NCBI GenBank assembly: GCA_021787445.1
Contig: JAJYLV010000003.1
Coordinates: 20,437-84,436, forward strand
Origin: Chloroflexota bacterium
Lineage (GTDB): Bacteria > Chloroflexota > Limnocylindria > P2-11E
Reading direction: 5' to 3'
DNA: 64,000 nt
The position numbers were made by a program, and so were the translations under genes. The notes below the pieces were generated by a model that was not told where the DNA came from, did not search any database, and saw only the letters and a program-made list of their open reading frames with translations. Below, piece by piece: positions 36,674-47,011 of the stretch. Every line of letters starts with the position of its first letter. The first letter of the stretch is position 1.

Positions 36674-38323
36674 GTGACCGCCGCCGCCCGCGCGGTCCGC
36701 GCCCCGCGTGGAAGCGAGCTGCACTGCGCCGCCTGGCCGCAGGAGGCCGCCTTCCGCATGATCCAGAACAACCTCGACCCCGAGGTCGCCGAGCGGCCGG
36801 AGGACCTCGTCGTGTACGGCGGGAGCGGGCGTGCGGCGCGCTCGTGGGACGCGTTCGACCGCATCCTCGCGACGCTGCGGCGCCTCCGCTCCGACGAGAC
36901 GCTCCTGGTCCAGTCGGGAAAGCCCGTAGGCGTTTTTCAGACCCACGAGTGGGCACCGCGCGTCCTCATCGCGAACGCGCTCCTCGTCCCGCACTGGGCG
37001 ACGTGGGACGAGTTCCACCGTCTCGAGGCCCTCGGCCTGACGATGTACGGGCAGATGACCGCGGGCTCCTGGATCTACATCGGGACCCAGGGGATCCTGC
37101 AGGGCACGTACGAGACCTTCGCCGCGGTCGCGCGACGGCACTTCGGCGGCACGCTCGCGGGGCGCCTCGTCGTCACCGCGGGCCTCGGCGGGATGGGCGG
37201 CGCGCAGCCGATGGCCGTCACGATGAACGAGGGCGTCGCGCTCGTCGTCGAGGTCGATCCGCGTCGCGTCGAGCGCCGCCGGCGGCAGGGCTTCGTCGAC
37301 GAGGTCGCGCCCTCGCTCGACGAAGCGCTCGCCCGCGCCGCGCGGTACACGCGCGCGCGCGTCGCGCGCTCGATCGCCGTCGTGGCGAACGCCGCGGAGG
37401 CGCTCCCCGAGGTCGTGCGCCGCGGCACGCGCGTCGACGTCGTGACGGACCAGACGAGCGCGCACGATCCCCTCGACGGCTACGTGCCCTCCGGCGTCGA
37501 GGACCCCGAGCCGATGCGGCGCTCCGACCCGGATGGGTACGTGAGGCGCTCGCTCGAGAGCATGGCGCGGCACTGCGAGGCGATCGTCGCGCTCGCGCGC
37601 CGCGGAGCGGTGGCCTTCGACTACGGCAACAACCTTCGCGCCATGGCGCAGCAGGGCGGCTTCGCCGACGCCTTCGCCTATCCGGGCTTCGTCGCCCGGT
37701 ACCTGCGGCCGATGCTCGCCGAGGGGCGCGGGCCCTTCCGCTGGGTCGCGCTTTCCGGGAACGCGGCGGATATCGCCCGCACGGACGCCCTCGTGCTCGA
37801 GCTCTTCCCGCACGACGACGTCCTCGTCCGCTGGATCCGGCTCGCGCGCGAGCGTGTGCCCTTCCAGGGACTCCCCGCGCGCGTGTGCTGGCTGGGATAC
37901 GGCGAGCGCGCCGAGCTCGGCGTCGCCATGGACGAGCTCGTCGCGAAGGGCGTCCTCGCCGCGCCGATCGTCATCGGGCGCGACCACCTCGACTCCGGAT
38001 CCGTCGCCTCGCCGTTCCGTGAGACCGAAGGCATGCGCGACGGGAGCGACGCGATCGCCGATTGGCCGATCCTCAACGCGCTCGTCAACACCGCGGCGGG
38101 AGCGACGTGGGTCTCGGTGCACCACGGCGGCGGCGTCGGGATCGGCTACTCGCTGCACGCGGGGATGGTCGCGGTCGCCGACGGCACGCCGGGCGGACGC
38201 GAGAAGCTGCGACGCGTGCTCACGACCGACCCGGGCACGGGGGTCATGCGCCACGCCGACGCCGGCTATCCGGAGGCGCTCGACCTCGCGCGCCGGAAGG
38301 GCGTCGACCTGCCGGGGATCTGA
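36674..38323 (+). CDS. hutU: Urocanate hydratase
   Basis: 549 aa; [21 protein letters not shown]...[12 protein letters not shown]...[26 protein letters not shown]...GGMGGAQP matches urocanase along its length. Confidence 0.9.
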   Translation: MTAAARAVRAPRGSELHCAAWPQEAAFRMIQNNLDPEVAERPEDLVVYGGSGRAARSWDAFDRILATLRRLRSDETLLVQSGKPVGVFQTHEWAPRVLIANALLVPHWATWDEFHRLEALGLTMYGQMTAGSWIYIGTQGILQGTYETFAAVARRHFGGTLAGRLVVTAGLGGMGGAQPMAVTMNEGVALVVEVDPRRVERRRRQGFVDEVAPSLDEALARAARYTRARVARSIAVVANAAEALPEVVRRGTRVDVVTDQTSAHDPLDGYVPSGVEDPEPMRRSDPDGYVRRSLESMARHCEAIVALARRGAVAFDYGNNLRAMAQQGGFADAFAYPGFVARYLRPMLAEGRGPFRWVALSGNAADIARTDALVLELFPHDDVLVRWIRLARERVPFQGLPARVCWLGYGERAELGVAMDELVAKGVLAAPIVIGRDHLDSGSVASPFRETEGMRDGSDAIADWPILNALVNTAAGATWVSVHHGGGVGIGYSLHAGMVAVADGTPGGREKLRRVLTTDPGTGVMRHADAGYPEALDLARRKGVDLPGI

Positions 38324-39483
38324 GCGGCCATGACGCCGGCGGCGATGATGCTCGCCGCGCCCGCGGTCGCGAAGACGCCCGGCCATCCGAGCCCGACGTC
38401 CATCGCGAGCCCGGCGACCGCGGGCGCGACGCTCGCGGAGAGGAAGCCGAGGGACGCCTGTATCGCCTGCGCGGATCCGAGACGACCCGCGGGGACGGTC
38501 TCGGTGACGAGGGTGGAGTAGATCGCCGAATCGGCCGAGATGAGCAGTCCGAGCACGCAGCCGACGGCCACGACGAGCGGCCACGGCGCCGCCGCGAGCG
38601 TCCCGAGGACGATCGACAGCACTCCGCTCGCGAGCGCGAAGGCGGCCGCGGACGGCGCGCGTCCCGCGCGGTCCGAGACGATCCCGCCGAGCGCCACGCC
38701 GAGCACGCCCAGCGCGAGCATGAGCGCGGCCCAGCGGCTGCCCTCCGCGGACGCCTCGAGCGCGGACGGGGCGCGCGACGCGAGGATCACCGCGAGGAAG
38801 GCCGCGAGCCACGCGCGCTCCGCGTAGAGCTCCCACGTGTGCCCGGCGTACGCGGCGACCGCGGCGGCGAGGCGCGGCTCGCGCACGACGCTCGGATCGA
38901 GCCGCGCGCGCCCGGAGGCGCGCTCGAGCGGGATGCGCGCGACGAGCGTGAGGGCCAGGCCGAGGACGCTCGCGGCTCCCAGCACGAGCGCCGCGCCACG
39001 CCACCCGAGCGGCCCGAGCAGGACGCCCACCAGGAGGAGCGAGAGGGCGCTGCCGAGGTAGAAGGCGGACACGTACACGCCGACGGCGCGTCCGCGCCGG
39101 CGCGGGTCGGCCGCGGCCGCGACGATGCGGACGCCCGGCATGTACACGCCGGCGAGCCCGGCGCCGGCGACTACGCGCAGAAGGATCGCCGTCGCGGGAC
39201 CCTGCGCGAGCAGCGGGAAGGCGACGCTCGCGAGGAGGGTGACGACGACGGATCCGAGGACGACGCTGCGCGCGGCGAAGCGGTCGGTGAGCGGAACGAC
39301 GACGAGCACCGCGGCGGCGTAGCCGAGCTGGTAGGCGCCGACGACCCAGCCGACGACGAAGCCGCTCGCGCCCCACTCGCTCCGCAGCAGCGGAACGATG
39401 CCCGCGGGGACGTTCGAGGGCAGGAGCACGAGGAGGAGGACGGCCCCGAGGAGCGCGGCCTGGCGCAGACCTCGGTCGTTCAC
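38266..39483 (-). CDS. MFS transporter
   Basis: ~12 TM segments; MFS-like [16 protein letters not shown]...[41 protein letters not shown] start near 39483 inside track ORF 38266..39795; the 3' end overlaps the hutU end convergently. Confidence 0.6.
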   Translation of the reverse strand: MNDRGLRQAALLGAVLLLVLLPSNVPAGIVPLLRSEWGASGFVVGWVVGAYQLGYAAAVLVVVPLTDRFAARSVVLGSVVVTLLASVAFPLLAQGPATAILLRVVAGAGLAGVYMPGVRIVAAAADPRRRGRAVGVYVSAFYLGSALSLLLVGVLLGPLGWRGAALVLGAASVLGLALTLVARIPLERASGRARLDPSVVREPRLAAAVAAYAGHTWELYAERAWLAAFLAVILASRAPSALEASAEGSRWAALMLALGVLGVALGGIVSDRAGRAPSAAAFALASGVLSIVLGTLAAAPWPLVVAVGCVLGLLISADSAIYSTLVTETVPAGRLGSAQAIQASLGFLSASVAPAVAGLAMDVGLGWPGVFATAGAASIIAAGVMAAQIPGRSTPFRRARSSASG

Positions 39484-39500
39484 CGCGCATGGAACGATAG

Positions 39501-40010
39501 TTAGACGTTCTCTCCTTGGTATCTCCCGGCGTAGCCGTCCACCGTGGCGGAGGACAGGCGGAAGAACAGGAGCTGCGCGACGCGCGCCCCGCGCTGCAGC
39601 CGGTAGCCGCGCGGATTGAGGACCGCCAGGAGCCCTTCGCCGCGGCCGGCGTATCCGGCGTCCCACACCGCGCCGTACAGCGTCACGCCCGATCGGAGAA
39701 GGCTCGAGCGCGGGAAGACCAGGGCCGTGAGGTGCGGCGGCAGGTTGACCTTCTCGCGGTACGTGATCACGTACGGGCCCTGGTGCAGGTCCCACCAGCC
39801 GTCGTCGTCCGTCCTCACGTCCTCCCTCCCCGCCGGCTCGCGGACCGCGTCCGCGACGCCCAGCAGCGCTGGGGACGTGAGGCGCTGCACGCGGTCGGCG
39901 CGCAGGTCGATCCCGTTCGGCTGGAGCTGCGTCGCCGCGTCGACGTCCTCGACGAGCGGCGGGTGGCCCGTCAGGGCGGCACGGAGCTCTTCGCGCGACA
40001 GGACCGACAT
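39501..40010 (-). CDS. dcd: dCTP deaminase / dUTPase-superfamily protein
   Basis: MSVLSREELRAAL...QPNGIDLRADRV...GAVWDAGYAGRGEGLLAVLNPRGYRLQRGARVAQLLF; start placed at MSVLS. Confidence 0.6.
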   Translation of the reverse strand: MSVLSREELRAALTGHPPLVEDVDAATQLQPNGIDLRADRVQRLTSPALLGVADAVREPAGREDVRTDDDGWWDLHQGPYVITYREKVNLPPHLTALVFPRSSLLRSGVTLYGAVWDAGYAGRGEGLLAVLNPRGYRLQRGARVAQLLFFRLSSATVDGYAGRYQGENV

Positions 40011-40089
40011 CGGGCGGAGACTAGCCGACCCTCGGTCCGACACAGCGTCCCTCCGGTCCGCCTGCTCGGGCCGCCTCGGCTACGCTCGC

Positions 40090-40599
40090 CGCGTGTCCGA
40101 GCTGGCCGCGCGGCCGTCCTCGGCGTCGCGCACGGTCATGGCCAAGTCGATGCTCCCGTCCGACGCCAATCCGTGGGGCAACGTCCACGGCGGCGAGATC
40201 ATGAAGCTCATCGACGAGGCCGCCGGCGCCGCCGCGCAGCGCCACGCGCGCTCGCGCGTCGTCACCGCGCGGATCGACGAGCTGTCCTTCCTCGCACCCG
40301 TCTACGTCGGCGACCTCGTCACGGCCCGCGCGTCCGTCAACGAGGTGGGGCGGTCGAGCATGGAGATCGGCGTACGCGTCGAGGCCGAGAACACGATGAG
40401 CGGGAAGATCGTGCACGTGGCGAGCGCGTACCTCGTCTTCGTCGCCATCGACACGGAGGGCCGGCCCATCGCCATCCCGCCGCTCGAGCCCGAGACGGAC
40501 GACGAGCGCCGCCGCATGGCGGCGGCGAAGATGCGCCGCGAGCTCCGCGCGCAGAGGCCAAGACGCTTCGCGGGCGCGCCGCGCGGCCGATCCACCTGA
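40090..40599 (+). CDS. Acyl-CoA thioesterase (hotdog fold, YciA-like)
   Basis: NPWGNVHGGEIMKLIDEAAGAAAQRHARSRVVTARIDELSFLAPVYVGDLVTARASVNEVGRSSMEIGVRVEAEN; GTG start in frame with track ORF 39616. Confidence 0.7.
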   Translation, partial: RVSELAARPSSASRTVMAKSMLPSDANPWGNVHGGEIMKLIDEAAGAAAQRHARSRVVTARIDELSFLAPVYVGDLVTARASVNEVGRSSMEIGVRVEAENTMSGKIVHVASAYLVFVAIDTEGRPIAIPPLEPETDDERRRMAAAKMRRELRAQRPRRFAGAPRGRST

Positions 40600-40617
40600 G
40601 GCCGCGGCCCCGATCCG

Positions 40618-41331
40618 CTAGATGCCGAGGTACGCCTTGCGGACCCGATCGTCGGCGCGCAGCTCGGCGGCGTCCCCTGAGAGCGTGATCCGCCCCGTCT
40701 CGAGCACGTAGGCGCGGCGCGCCACCTCGAGGGCGACGAGGACGTCCTGCTCGACGAGGAGGACCGCCGTCCCGGCCCTGTTGATCTCGGCGCAGACGTC
40801 GATGACGCGGTCGACGACGTTGGGCGCGAGCCCGAGGGACGGCTCGTCGACCATGAGGACCTTCGGGCGCGCCATGAGGCCGCGCGCGATGGCGACCATC
40901 TGCTGCTCGCCGCCGGAGAGCGTCGCGGCGTCGCGTGCGAGCTTGTCGCGCAGCGCGGGGAAGTACCCGACGACGCGCTCGACGTCCGCGCGGATCTCGC
41001 CGTCGCGTCGGAGGTACGCGCCGAGGAGCAGGTTGCGCTCGACGGTGAGCCCGCCGAAGAGCCGCCGCCCCTGGGGGACGTGCGCGAGGCCGGCGGCCAC
41101 GATCGTCTCGGGACGCGCGTGCGCGAGCTCACGCCCCGCCAGCCGCACGCTGCCGCTGACGGGCGGCACGAGCCCCGAGAGCGTCGCGAGGAGCGTCGAC
41201 TTCCCCGCGCCGTTGGCGCCGATGAGCGCGACGAGCTCGCCGGCGTCGACGTCGAGGTCGACGTCCCGCAGGACGAGCGTCTCGCCGTATCCGGCGGAGA
41301 GACCGCGCACGGACAGGAACGGCTCAGCCAC
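40618..41331 (-). CDS. livF: Branched-chain amino acid ABC transporter ATP-binding protein
   Basis: Walker A GANGAGKSTL, signature LSGGEQQMVAIARGL, Walker B VLMVDEPS. Confidence 0.85.
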   Translation of the reverse strand: MAEPFLSVRGLSAGYGETLVLRDVDLDVDAGELVALIGANGAGKSTLLATLSGLVPPVSGSVRLAGRELAHARPETIVAAGLAHVPQGRRLFGGLTVERNLLLGAYLRRDGEIRADVERVVGYFPALRDKLARDAATLSGGEQQMVAIARGLMARPKVLMVDEPSLGLAPNVVDRVIDVCAEINRAGTAVLLVEQDVLVALEVARRAYVLETGRITLSGDAAELRADDRVRKAYLGI

Positions 41332-42085
41332 CGCGCGCCTCCTGGAGCCGGCGCGCGTAGCGCTCGCCCAAGTACGCCTCGACGACGCGCGGGTCGCCGA
41401 GGACGGTCGCGGGGTCGCCCTCGAGGAGGACGCGCCCGAAGTGGAGGACGACGACGCGGGGGCAGATGCCGACGATCACCTGCATCACGTGCTCGATGAC
41501 GAGGATGGCGATGCCGCTCGCGTTGATCCGCTTCACGACCTCGAGCTCCTCGGCGACCTCGGAGGGGTTGAGCCCGGCCATCACCTCGTCGAGAAGGAGG
41601 AGGCGGGGCCGGGTCGCGAGGGCGCGTGCCACCTCGAGGCGCCGGCGATCGGGAACGGTGAGCTCGTCGACGAGCAGCTTCGCGCGGCCGCCGAGGCCGA
41701 CGAGGTCGATGACCTCGTCCGCCACTGTGAACGCCTCGGCGGGCGCGAGGCGCGCGCGCTCGCTCCCGAAGAGCGCGCCGATCGCGACGTTCTCGCGCGC
41801 CGTCATCGAGCGGAAGGGACGGACGACCTGGAAGGTGCGGCCCATGCCGAGGCGCGCGACCTCGTGGCGCCCGAGCTTCGCGATGTCGACCCCGCCGAAA
41901 CGGATCGATCCTGCGTCGAGCCGGTACATGCGGCTGAGGCAGTTGAGGAGCGTCGTCTTGCCCGCGCCGTTCGGGCCGATGAGGCCGACGAGCTCGCCCT
42001 CGCCGACGTCGAACGAGACCCCGTTGACGGCGACGACGCCGCCGAAGCGCTTCGTGACGTCCTGGAGCTCGAGGAGCGGCGTGCT
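41324..42085 (-). CDS. livG: Branched-chain amino acid ABC transporter ATP-binding protein
   Basis: LELQDVTKRFGGVVAVNGVSFDV...GPNGAGKTTLLN...LLLDEVMAGLNP; GTG start ~42085 inside the larger track ORF 41324..42910. Confidence 0.8.
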   Translation of the reverse strand, partial: STPLLELQDVTKRFGGVVAVNGVSFDVGEGELVGLIGPNGAGKTTLLNCLSRMYRLDAGSIRFGGVDIAKLGRHEVARLGMGRTFQVVRPFRSMTARENVAIGALFGSERARLAPAEAFTVADEVIDLVGLGGRAKLLVDELTVPDRRRLEVARALATRPRLLLLDEVMAGLNPSEVAEELEVVKRINASGIAILVIEHVMQVIVGICPRVVVLHFGRVLLEGDPATVLGDPRVVEAYLGERYARRLQEARGG

Positions 42086-43080
42086 CACACGCTCGTCTCG
42101 CGCAGCGACCGGCGGAAGTGCGCGAGCGTGAGGCGGCTCCGTCCGACGACGAAGTCGATCACTCCGCGCGGAAGGAAGATGACGGTCACCGCGAGCAGGG
42201 CTCCGAGCAGGATCTGGGTGTACACGCCGCTGCCGCCCGCGAGGAGCTGGATGAGGGCCTCGAGGCCGACCGCGCCGACGACGGGCCCGGTGATCGATCC
42301 CGCTCCGCCGATGACGGCCATGAGGATCATCTGCACGCTGTAGTCGACGGGGAACACGTTCTCGCGGTTGATGAAGCTGTTCCACTGGGCGAAGATGCCG
42401 CCCGCCAACCCGGTGAGCACCGCGGCGATGACGAACGCGATGATCTTGTAGCGCGTCGTGTCGACGCCGAGGACGGCCGCGGCTTCCTCGTTCTCGCGGA
42501 TCGCGACGAGCCCGTAGCCGAGCCGGCTCCGCGTGATCCACCAGGTGACCGCGACCGTGAGGGCCGCGGCGAAGAACATGAGGTAATAGAAGAGGAGATC
42601 GTTGCGGATGATCGGCGGGAAGAGGCCCGTCGCGCCGCCGAGGACGTCCAGGTTGTTGATCACCTCGCCGAACGCGATCGAGATACCGAGCGTCGCGATC
42701 GAAAAGTAATGGCCGCGCAGGCGCAGGAGCGGAAAGCCGATGACGACGGCCGCCACGGCGGGTACCAGCGGCGACGCGAGCAGACCGACGACGAGGGGCA
42801 GGTGCCCGTGCTCGGGGTCGGTCAGGACGGCCGTCGCGTAGGCGCCCAGGCCGAAGAAGACGACGTTGCCGAACGACGGATACCCCGCGAGGCCGCCGAT
42901 GATGTTCCACGCCGAGGTGAGCACCACGAACATGGAGATGGTCGTGAGCTCGCGGAGCTGCGAGCGGTCGAGGATCTGCGGGAGGCCCGCCGACCGCGCC
43001 TGATCCGTGCTGAGAAGCGGCAGGAGCGCGAAGAGCGCCACGGCCGCCACCGCGACGACGCCGAGGACGCGGCGCCTCAT
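42085..43080 (-). CDS. livM: Branched-chain amino acid ABC transporter permease
   Basis: MRRRVLGVVAVAAVALF... polytopic permease with GHYFSIATLGISIAFGEV and LVAIRENEEAAAVLGVD signature; C-terminal part of track ORF 42085..43791. Confidence 0.8.
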   Translation of the reverse strand: MRRRVLGVVAVAAVALFALLPLLSTDQARSAGLPQILDRSQLRELTTISMFVVLTSAWNIIGGLAGYPSFGNVVFFGLGAYATAVLTDPEHGHLPLVVGLLASPLVPAVAAVVIGFPLLRLRGHYFSIATLGISIAFGEVINNLDVLGGATGLFPPIIRNDLLFYYLMFFAAALTVAVTWWITRSRLGYGLVAIRENEEAAAVLGVDTTRYKIIAFVIAAVLTGLAGGIFAQWNSFINRENVFPVDYSVQMILMAVIGGAGSITGPVVGAVGLEALIQLLAGGSGVYTQILLGALLAVTVIFLPRGVIDFVVGRSRLTLAHFRRSLRETSV

Positions 43081-43940
43081 CGTCCGAGGAGCCCCTGGGG
43101 CCGGACGACCAGCACGACGACGAGCACCGCGAACGCGATGGCGTTCGCGTAGCCCGCCCCGAGGCCGGGGGCGGCCTGCCCGAAGACCTCGATGAAGCCG
43201 AAGAGCAGGCCCCCGACGACGGTCGCGGTGACGCTCCCGAGGCCGCCGAGGACCACGATGACGAACGCCTGCAGCGTGTACGGATCGCCCGCCGTCGGCG
43301 AGATCGCCTGCACCGTGCTGAGGAGGCCGCCGGCGACGCCCGCGCACGCGGCGCCGATCCCGTACGTGAGCGCGTACGTGTGCCGCAGGTCGATGCCGAC
43401 GAGCTGCGCCGCGTCGCGGTCCGACGCGACCGCCTGGATCGCCGCGCCGACGCGCGTCCGCGCCAGGAGGAGCGAGAGGAGGCCGGCGACGACGAACGCG
43501 ATGACGAACGCCGCGAGCCGGATGTACGGGACGACGACCGGGCCGAGCGTGAGGCCGCTCCCCGCGTACGAGGGCGTCACCGAGCGGAAGTCCGACGTGA
43601 AGACGGCGAGGAGGAGGTTCACGATCGCGAGGTTGACGCCGAACGTGAGCAGGAGCGTGAAGAAGACCGGTGCGCGGATGACGCGGTTGATGAGCCCCCG
43701 CTGGAGGGCGTACCCGATGACGAAGAGCGCGAGCGCGTCGAGCGGGAGCGAGAGGAACGGATCGATCCCGAAGCGGCCGAAGAGCGTCCACGTGATGTAG
43801 GCGCCGACGACGATGAACGCCCCGTGGCTGAGGTTGATGATGTTGAGGATCCCCCAGACGAGGCTGAACCCGACGGCCACCGCGACGTAGACCCCGCCCA
43901 GAAGGACCGCGAGGACGAGCTGCTGCGCGAGCAGGCTCAC
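43077..43940 (-). CDS. livH: Branched-chain amino acid ABC transporter permease
   Basis: 287 aa; ...ILNIINLSHGAFIVVGAYITWTLF...VASDRDAAQLVGID... typical LivH. Confidence 0.85.
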   Translation of the reverse strand: MSLLAQQLVLAVLLGGVYVAVAVGFSLVWGILNIINLSHGAFIVVGAYITWTLFGRFGIDPFLSLPLDALALFVIGYALQRGLINRVIRAPVFFTLLLTFGVNLAIVNLLLAVFTSDFRSVTPSYAGSGLTLGPVVVPYIRLAAFVIAFVVAGLLSLLLARTRVGAAIQAVASDRDAAQLVGIDLRHTYALTYGIGAACAGVAGGLLSTVQAISPTAGDPYTLQAFVIVVLGGLGSVTATVVGGLLFGFIEVFGQAAPGLGAGYANAIAFAVLVVVLVVRPQGLLGR

Positions 43941-43976
43941 GGGAGGGTCACGATAGGGCGCGGAGGCGCGGGACGG

Positions 43977-45239
43977 CTAGCGCTGGGACCAGGGCGGTGT
44001 GGGGTACTCGGGCTTCTTGTCGGCCACGTCCGGCGGGTAGACGGTGTGGTGCTCTCCGTTCTGGATCTGCTCGACGACCATCGGCTTGTAGATGTTGAGG
44101 CCGCGGCTGTCGAACTTGATCTGCCCGAAGAAGGTCATGACGTCGAGCTTGGCGAGCGCGTCGCGCACCTTGGCGGGGTCGAGCGAGCTCGCGTTCTCGA
44201 TCGCCTTCTGGAGCGCGAGGCACGCCGCGGTCGACTCGGCGACGTGGTAGTCGGGGTCGTCCTGCGTCTTGAACATCGTCTTGTACGCCTTCACGTAGTC
44301 GGCCTCGCCGAGGTAGAAGGAGGGCGTGTACTTGACCTGCGGCGTCCACTGCGAGCCGTCGTAGACGTAGTCGGCGTCCTTGCCGAGCGCCTTGATGAAC
44401 TGCGGCGTCGACGGCCCGACGGAGTACGCGAGGATCTTCGCGTCGAGGCCGAGGTCCTTCGCCGCCTTGTTGATCGCGATCGCCTCGGCGAGGTGCCCCG
44501 AGTTCATGAGGATGTCGGGGTTCGTCGCCTTCGCCTGCGCGACGAGGCTCGAGACGTCCGTCGACCCGTTCGGGTACTTCTGGTCGAAGACGACCTTCAT
44601 GCCCTTGGTCGGCGCGTAGTCCACGACGCCCTGCGCGACCTCGACGGAGAAGTTGTCGTCGGCGGAGAGGATGGCGACGGTCGTGGGCTTGGGCGTGAGC
44701 GTCGCCGCCATGTCGATGACGCCCGCGAGGTACTTCTTCGCGGGCGACAGCACGCCGAAGGTGTACTTGTAGCCCTTGTTGAAGATCGCCTCCGCGGCGC
44801 CGTTCGCCTCGACCATCGGGATCTGGTTCTTCTCGGCGATGACGGCGTCCGACGCCGTCGCCGGGCTGCCGTAGGGGCCGAGGATGAACTGAGCGTGCCC
44901 CTCGCTGATGAGCTTCTGCATCAGCTGGGCGGAGAGGTCCGGCTTGCTCTGGTCGTCCTCGTACTTGATCTGGACCTTGTGCTTGACGCCGTCGACGGTG
45001 ATGCCGCCCTGCTCGTTGATCCAGCTGAGCCACATGTCGTAGCCCTGCTTCGAGAGGTTCCCCTCGTTCGACGTCGATCCCGTCAGCGATATCGGGCTGC
45101 CGATGATGATGTCGGCGCCCGTCTTCGCCGCGCCGCCCGATCCGGACGGAGCCCCTCCGGGCGCCGCGCCGGACGAGCATGCGGCGACGAGGACCACCGC
45201 GACGGCAAGGGAAGCGATGCGCGAAAGTCTCATCGCCAC
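43977..45239 (-). CDS. ABC transporter substrate-binding lipoprotein (branched-chain amino acid/LivK family)
   Basis: Lipobox LVAACSS; periplasmic binding protein type I fold sequence (ANGAAEAIFNKGYKYTFGVLSPAKKY...). Confidence 0.8.
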   Translation of the reverse strand: MAMRLSRIASLAVAVVLVAACSSGAAPGGAPSGSGGAAKTGADIIIGSPISLTGSTSNEGNLSKQGYDMWLSWINEQGGITVDGVKHKVQIKYEDDQSKPDLSAQLMQKLISEGHAQFILGPYGSPATASDAVIAEKNQIPMVEANGAAEAIFNKGYKYTFGVLSPAKKYLAGVIDMAATLTPKPTTVAILSADDNFSVEVAQGVVDYAPTKGMKVVFDQKYPNGSTDVSSLVAQAKATNPDILMNSGHLAEAIAINKAAKDLGLDAKILAYSVGPSTPQFIKALGKDADYVYDGSQWTPQVKYTPSFYLGEADYVKAYKTMFKTQDDPDYHVAESTAACLALQKAIENASSLDPAKVRDALAKLDVMTFFGQIKFDSRGLNIYKPMVVEQIQNGEHHTVYPPDVADKKPEYPTPPWSQR

Positions 45240-45394
45240 GGCGCACTGTAACCCGCTCGCGGCGCGACGCCAGCCTGACCACGTCTGTTCGATGTCAAGC
45301 GAGTAAGAAAGCAGGCGTTATGTCATCCGCTCGGTCCTTCCTCACGCCCCTCGGGGGCGACCCGGCATGACCCCTGCGGCGTACGATCCCGCCC

Positions 45395-45691
45395 ATGACG
45401 CGCGACGAGGAGCTGCGTGCCGACCCCGAATGCGCGCGCTGCGCCGCGCCCCTGGTCGAGACGCGCTCGGCGGTGGTGCGCGATGGCCAGACGTACTGCT
45501 GCGTGCACTGCGCGCGCGCCGACGCCGCCGACGTCGCCGTCCGCACCGGCTCCGCCGGAAGGCGGGCCTGCTCGCGCTGCGGCGCTCCCATTCCCGATCC
45601 ACGACAAGGCATCCAGGAGGGGACGTACCTCTTCTGCTGCCCCAACTGCTCGGCGGCGGGCGTGCGCGCGGAGCCGCTGCCGGAGGCCTGA
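45395..45691 (+). CDS. Tandem TRASH/YHS-like metal-binding domain protein
   Basis: Two repeats of CxxC...G.TY.(F/C)C..C: CARCAAPLVETRSAVVRDGQTYCCVHCA and CSRCGAPIPDPRQGIQEGTYLFCCPNCS. Confidence 0.55.
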   Translation: MTRDEELRADPECARCAAPLVETRSAVVRDGQTYCCVHCARADAADVAVRTGSAGRRACSRCGAPIPDPRQGIQEGTYLFCCPNCSAAGVRAEPLPEA

Positions 45692-45698
45692 CCGCGCG

Positions 45699-46394
45699 AT
45701 GCCTTTCCCCTTCGGTGACCCCACCCGCTTCACGGACCGGCTCGACGCCGGACGTCAGCTGGCGCGGCGACTCCTCCACCTCGCGGGACGCCCCCTCATC
45801 GTCCTCGGCCTCCCGCGCGGCGGCGTCGTCGTCGCCCACGAGGTGGCGAGCCTTCTCGGCGCGCCCCTCGACGTCATCGTGTCGCGGAAGCTGGGTGCGC
45901 CGCAGCAGCCCGAGCTCGCGATCGGCGCGATCGCCGGCGGGGCCCGTGTCCTCCGCGAGGACGTGATCGCGGCGCTCGGGATCGGCGCCGACGAGGTCGA
46001 TCGGATCACCGCGCGCGAGCAGGAGCGCGCCGACGAGCTGGAGCGTCGGCTGCGGCGCGGCCGCCCGCCGCTGGACGTGTCGGGACGCGTCGCCGTCGTC
46101 GTCGACGACGGCCTCGCGACAGGGGCGACGGCGCTGGCGGCCGTTCGAGCGGTCCGCCGCCGCGGTCCCGACCGCACGGTCCTCGCGGCGCCCGTCGCGC
46201 CGCCGGAGACGATCGACGAGCTCCGGAGGGAGGTCGACGAGGTGGTCGTCGTCCACCAGCCGCGCGACTTCCGCGCCGTCGGCCTGTGGTACGAGAGCTT
46301 CGCGCAGGTCAGCGACGATGAGGTGGAGGCGATGCTCGATGAACGTGCCACAGCTCGCGGAACGTCGGATCAGCCTGCCGGCCGCGCGCGATGA
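45699..46394 (+). CDS. Phosphoribosyltransferase-domain protein
   Basis: ATG at 45699 in frame with track ORF 45417; PRPP-binding loop RVAVVVDDGLATGATALAAV and LIVLGLPRGGVVVAHEVA. Confidence 0.7.
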   Translation: MPFPFGDPTRFTDRLDAGRQLARRLLHLAGRPLIVLGLPRGGVVVAHEVASLLGAPLDVIVSRKLGAPQQPELAIGAIAGGARVLREDVIAALGIGADEVDRITAREQERADELERRLRRGRPPLDVSGRVAVVVDDGLATGATALAAVRAVRRRGPDRTVLAAPVAPPETIDELRREVDEVVVVHQPRDFRAVGLWYESFAQVSDDEVEAMLDERATARGTSDQPAGRAR

Positions 46395-47004
46395 AGAGGT
46401 GGCCGGCGATCTCGCCGTGCCCGCCGCCGCGGCGGGCATCGTCGTGTTCGCCCACGGCAGCGGCAGCTCTCGGCACAGCCCGCGCAACCGCTCCGTCGCC
46501 GCCACGCTCCAGGCGGCCGGCTTCGCGACGCTGCTGTTCGATCTGCTGACGCCGTCCGAGGAGCGTCGCGACGAGCGAACGGCGGAGCTGCGCTTCGACA
46601 TCGCGTTCCTCGCGGCGCGCCTGCGCCTCGTCCTGGCGTGGCTGCGCGGCCAGGACGACGTCGCGCGGCTCCCCGTGGGCCTCTTCGGCGCCAGCACCGG
46701 CGCGGCCGCGGCCCTCGTCGCCGCGGCCGGCGACGCGTCGGTGCGCGCGGTCGTCTCGCGCGGAGGCCGTCCCGACCTCGCGGGGTCGCTCGAGCGCGTC
46801 ACCGCTCCGACGCTGTTCCTCGTCGGGAGCCTCGACGCGGACGTGCTCGACCTGAATCGACGCGCGTTCGACAGGCTCGCGGCGCCGGACAAGGAGCTCG
46901 TCGTCGTGCCCGGCGCCGGCCACCTCTTCGAGGAGCCGGGGACGCTCGAAGCGGTCGCGCGGCACGCCTCGGACTGGTTCGAGCGCTGGCTCGCGCCCGT
47001 GTGA
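46339..47004 (+). CDS. Dienelactone hydrolase-family alpha/beta hydrolase
   Basis: GIVVFAHGSGSSRHSPRN...GLFGASTGAAAALVAAA (nucleophile elbow G-x-S-x-G)...VVPGAGHLFE. The 5' end overlaps the PRTase gene in the +1 frame; start uncertain. Confidence 0.65.
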   Translation: MNVPQLAERRISLPAARDEEVAGDLAVPAAAAGIVVFAHGSGSSRHSPRNRSVAATLQAAGFATLLFDLLTPSEERRDERTAELRFDIAFLAARLRLVLAWLRGQDDVARLPVGLFGASTGAAAALVAAAGDASVRAVVSRGGRPDLAGSLERVTAPTLFLVGSLDADVLDLNRRAFDRLAAPDKELVVVPGAGHLFEEPGTLEAVARHASDWFERWLAPV

Positions 47005-47011
47005 CGCGCGG

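Noticed and set aside
36572-39490. 972-aa minus-strand ORF and the 38062..39504 plus ORF overlapping hutU/MFS
   Set aside because: Arg-rich antisense artefacts; hutU (+) and MFS (-) explain the region.
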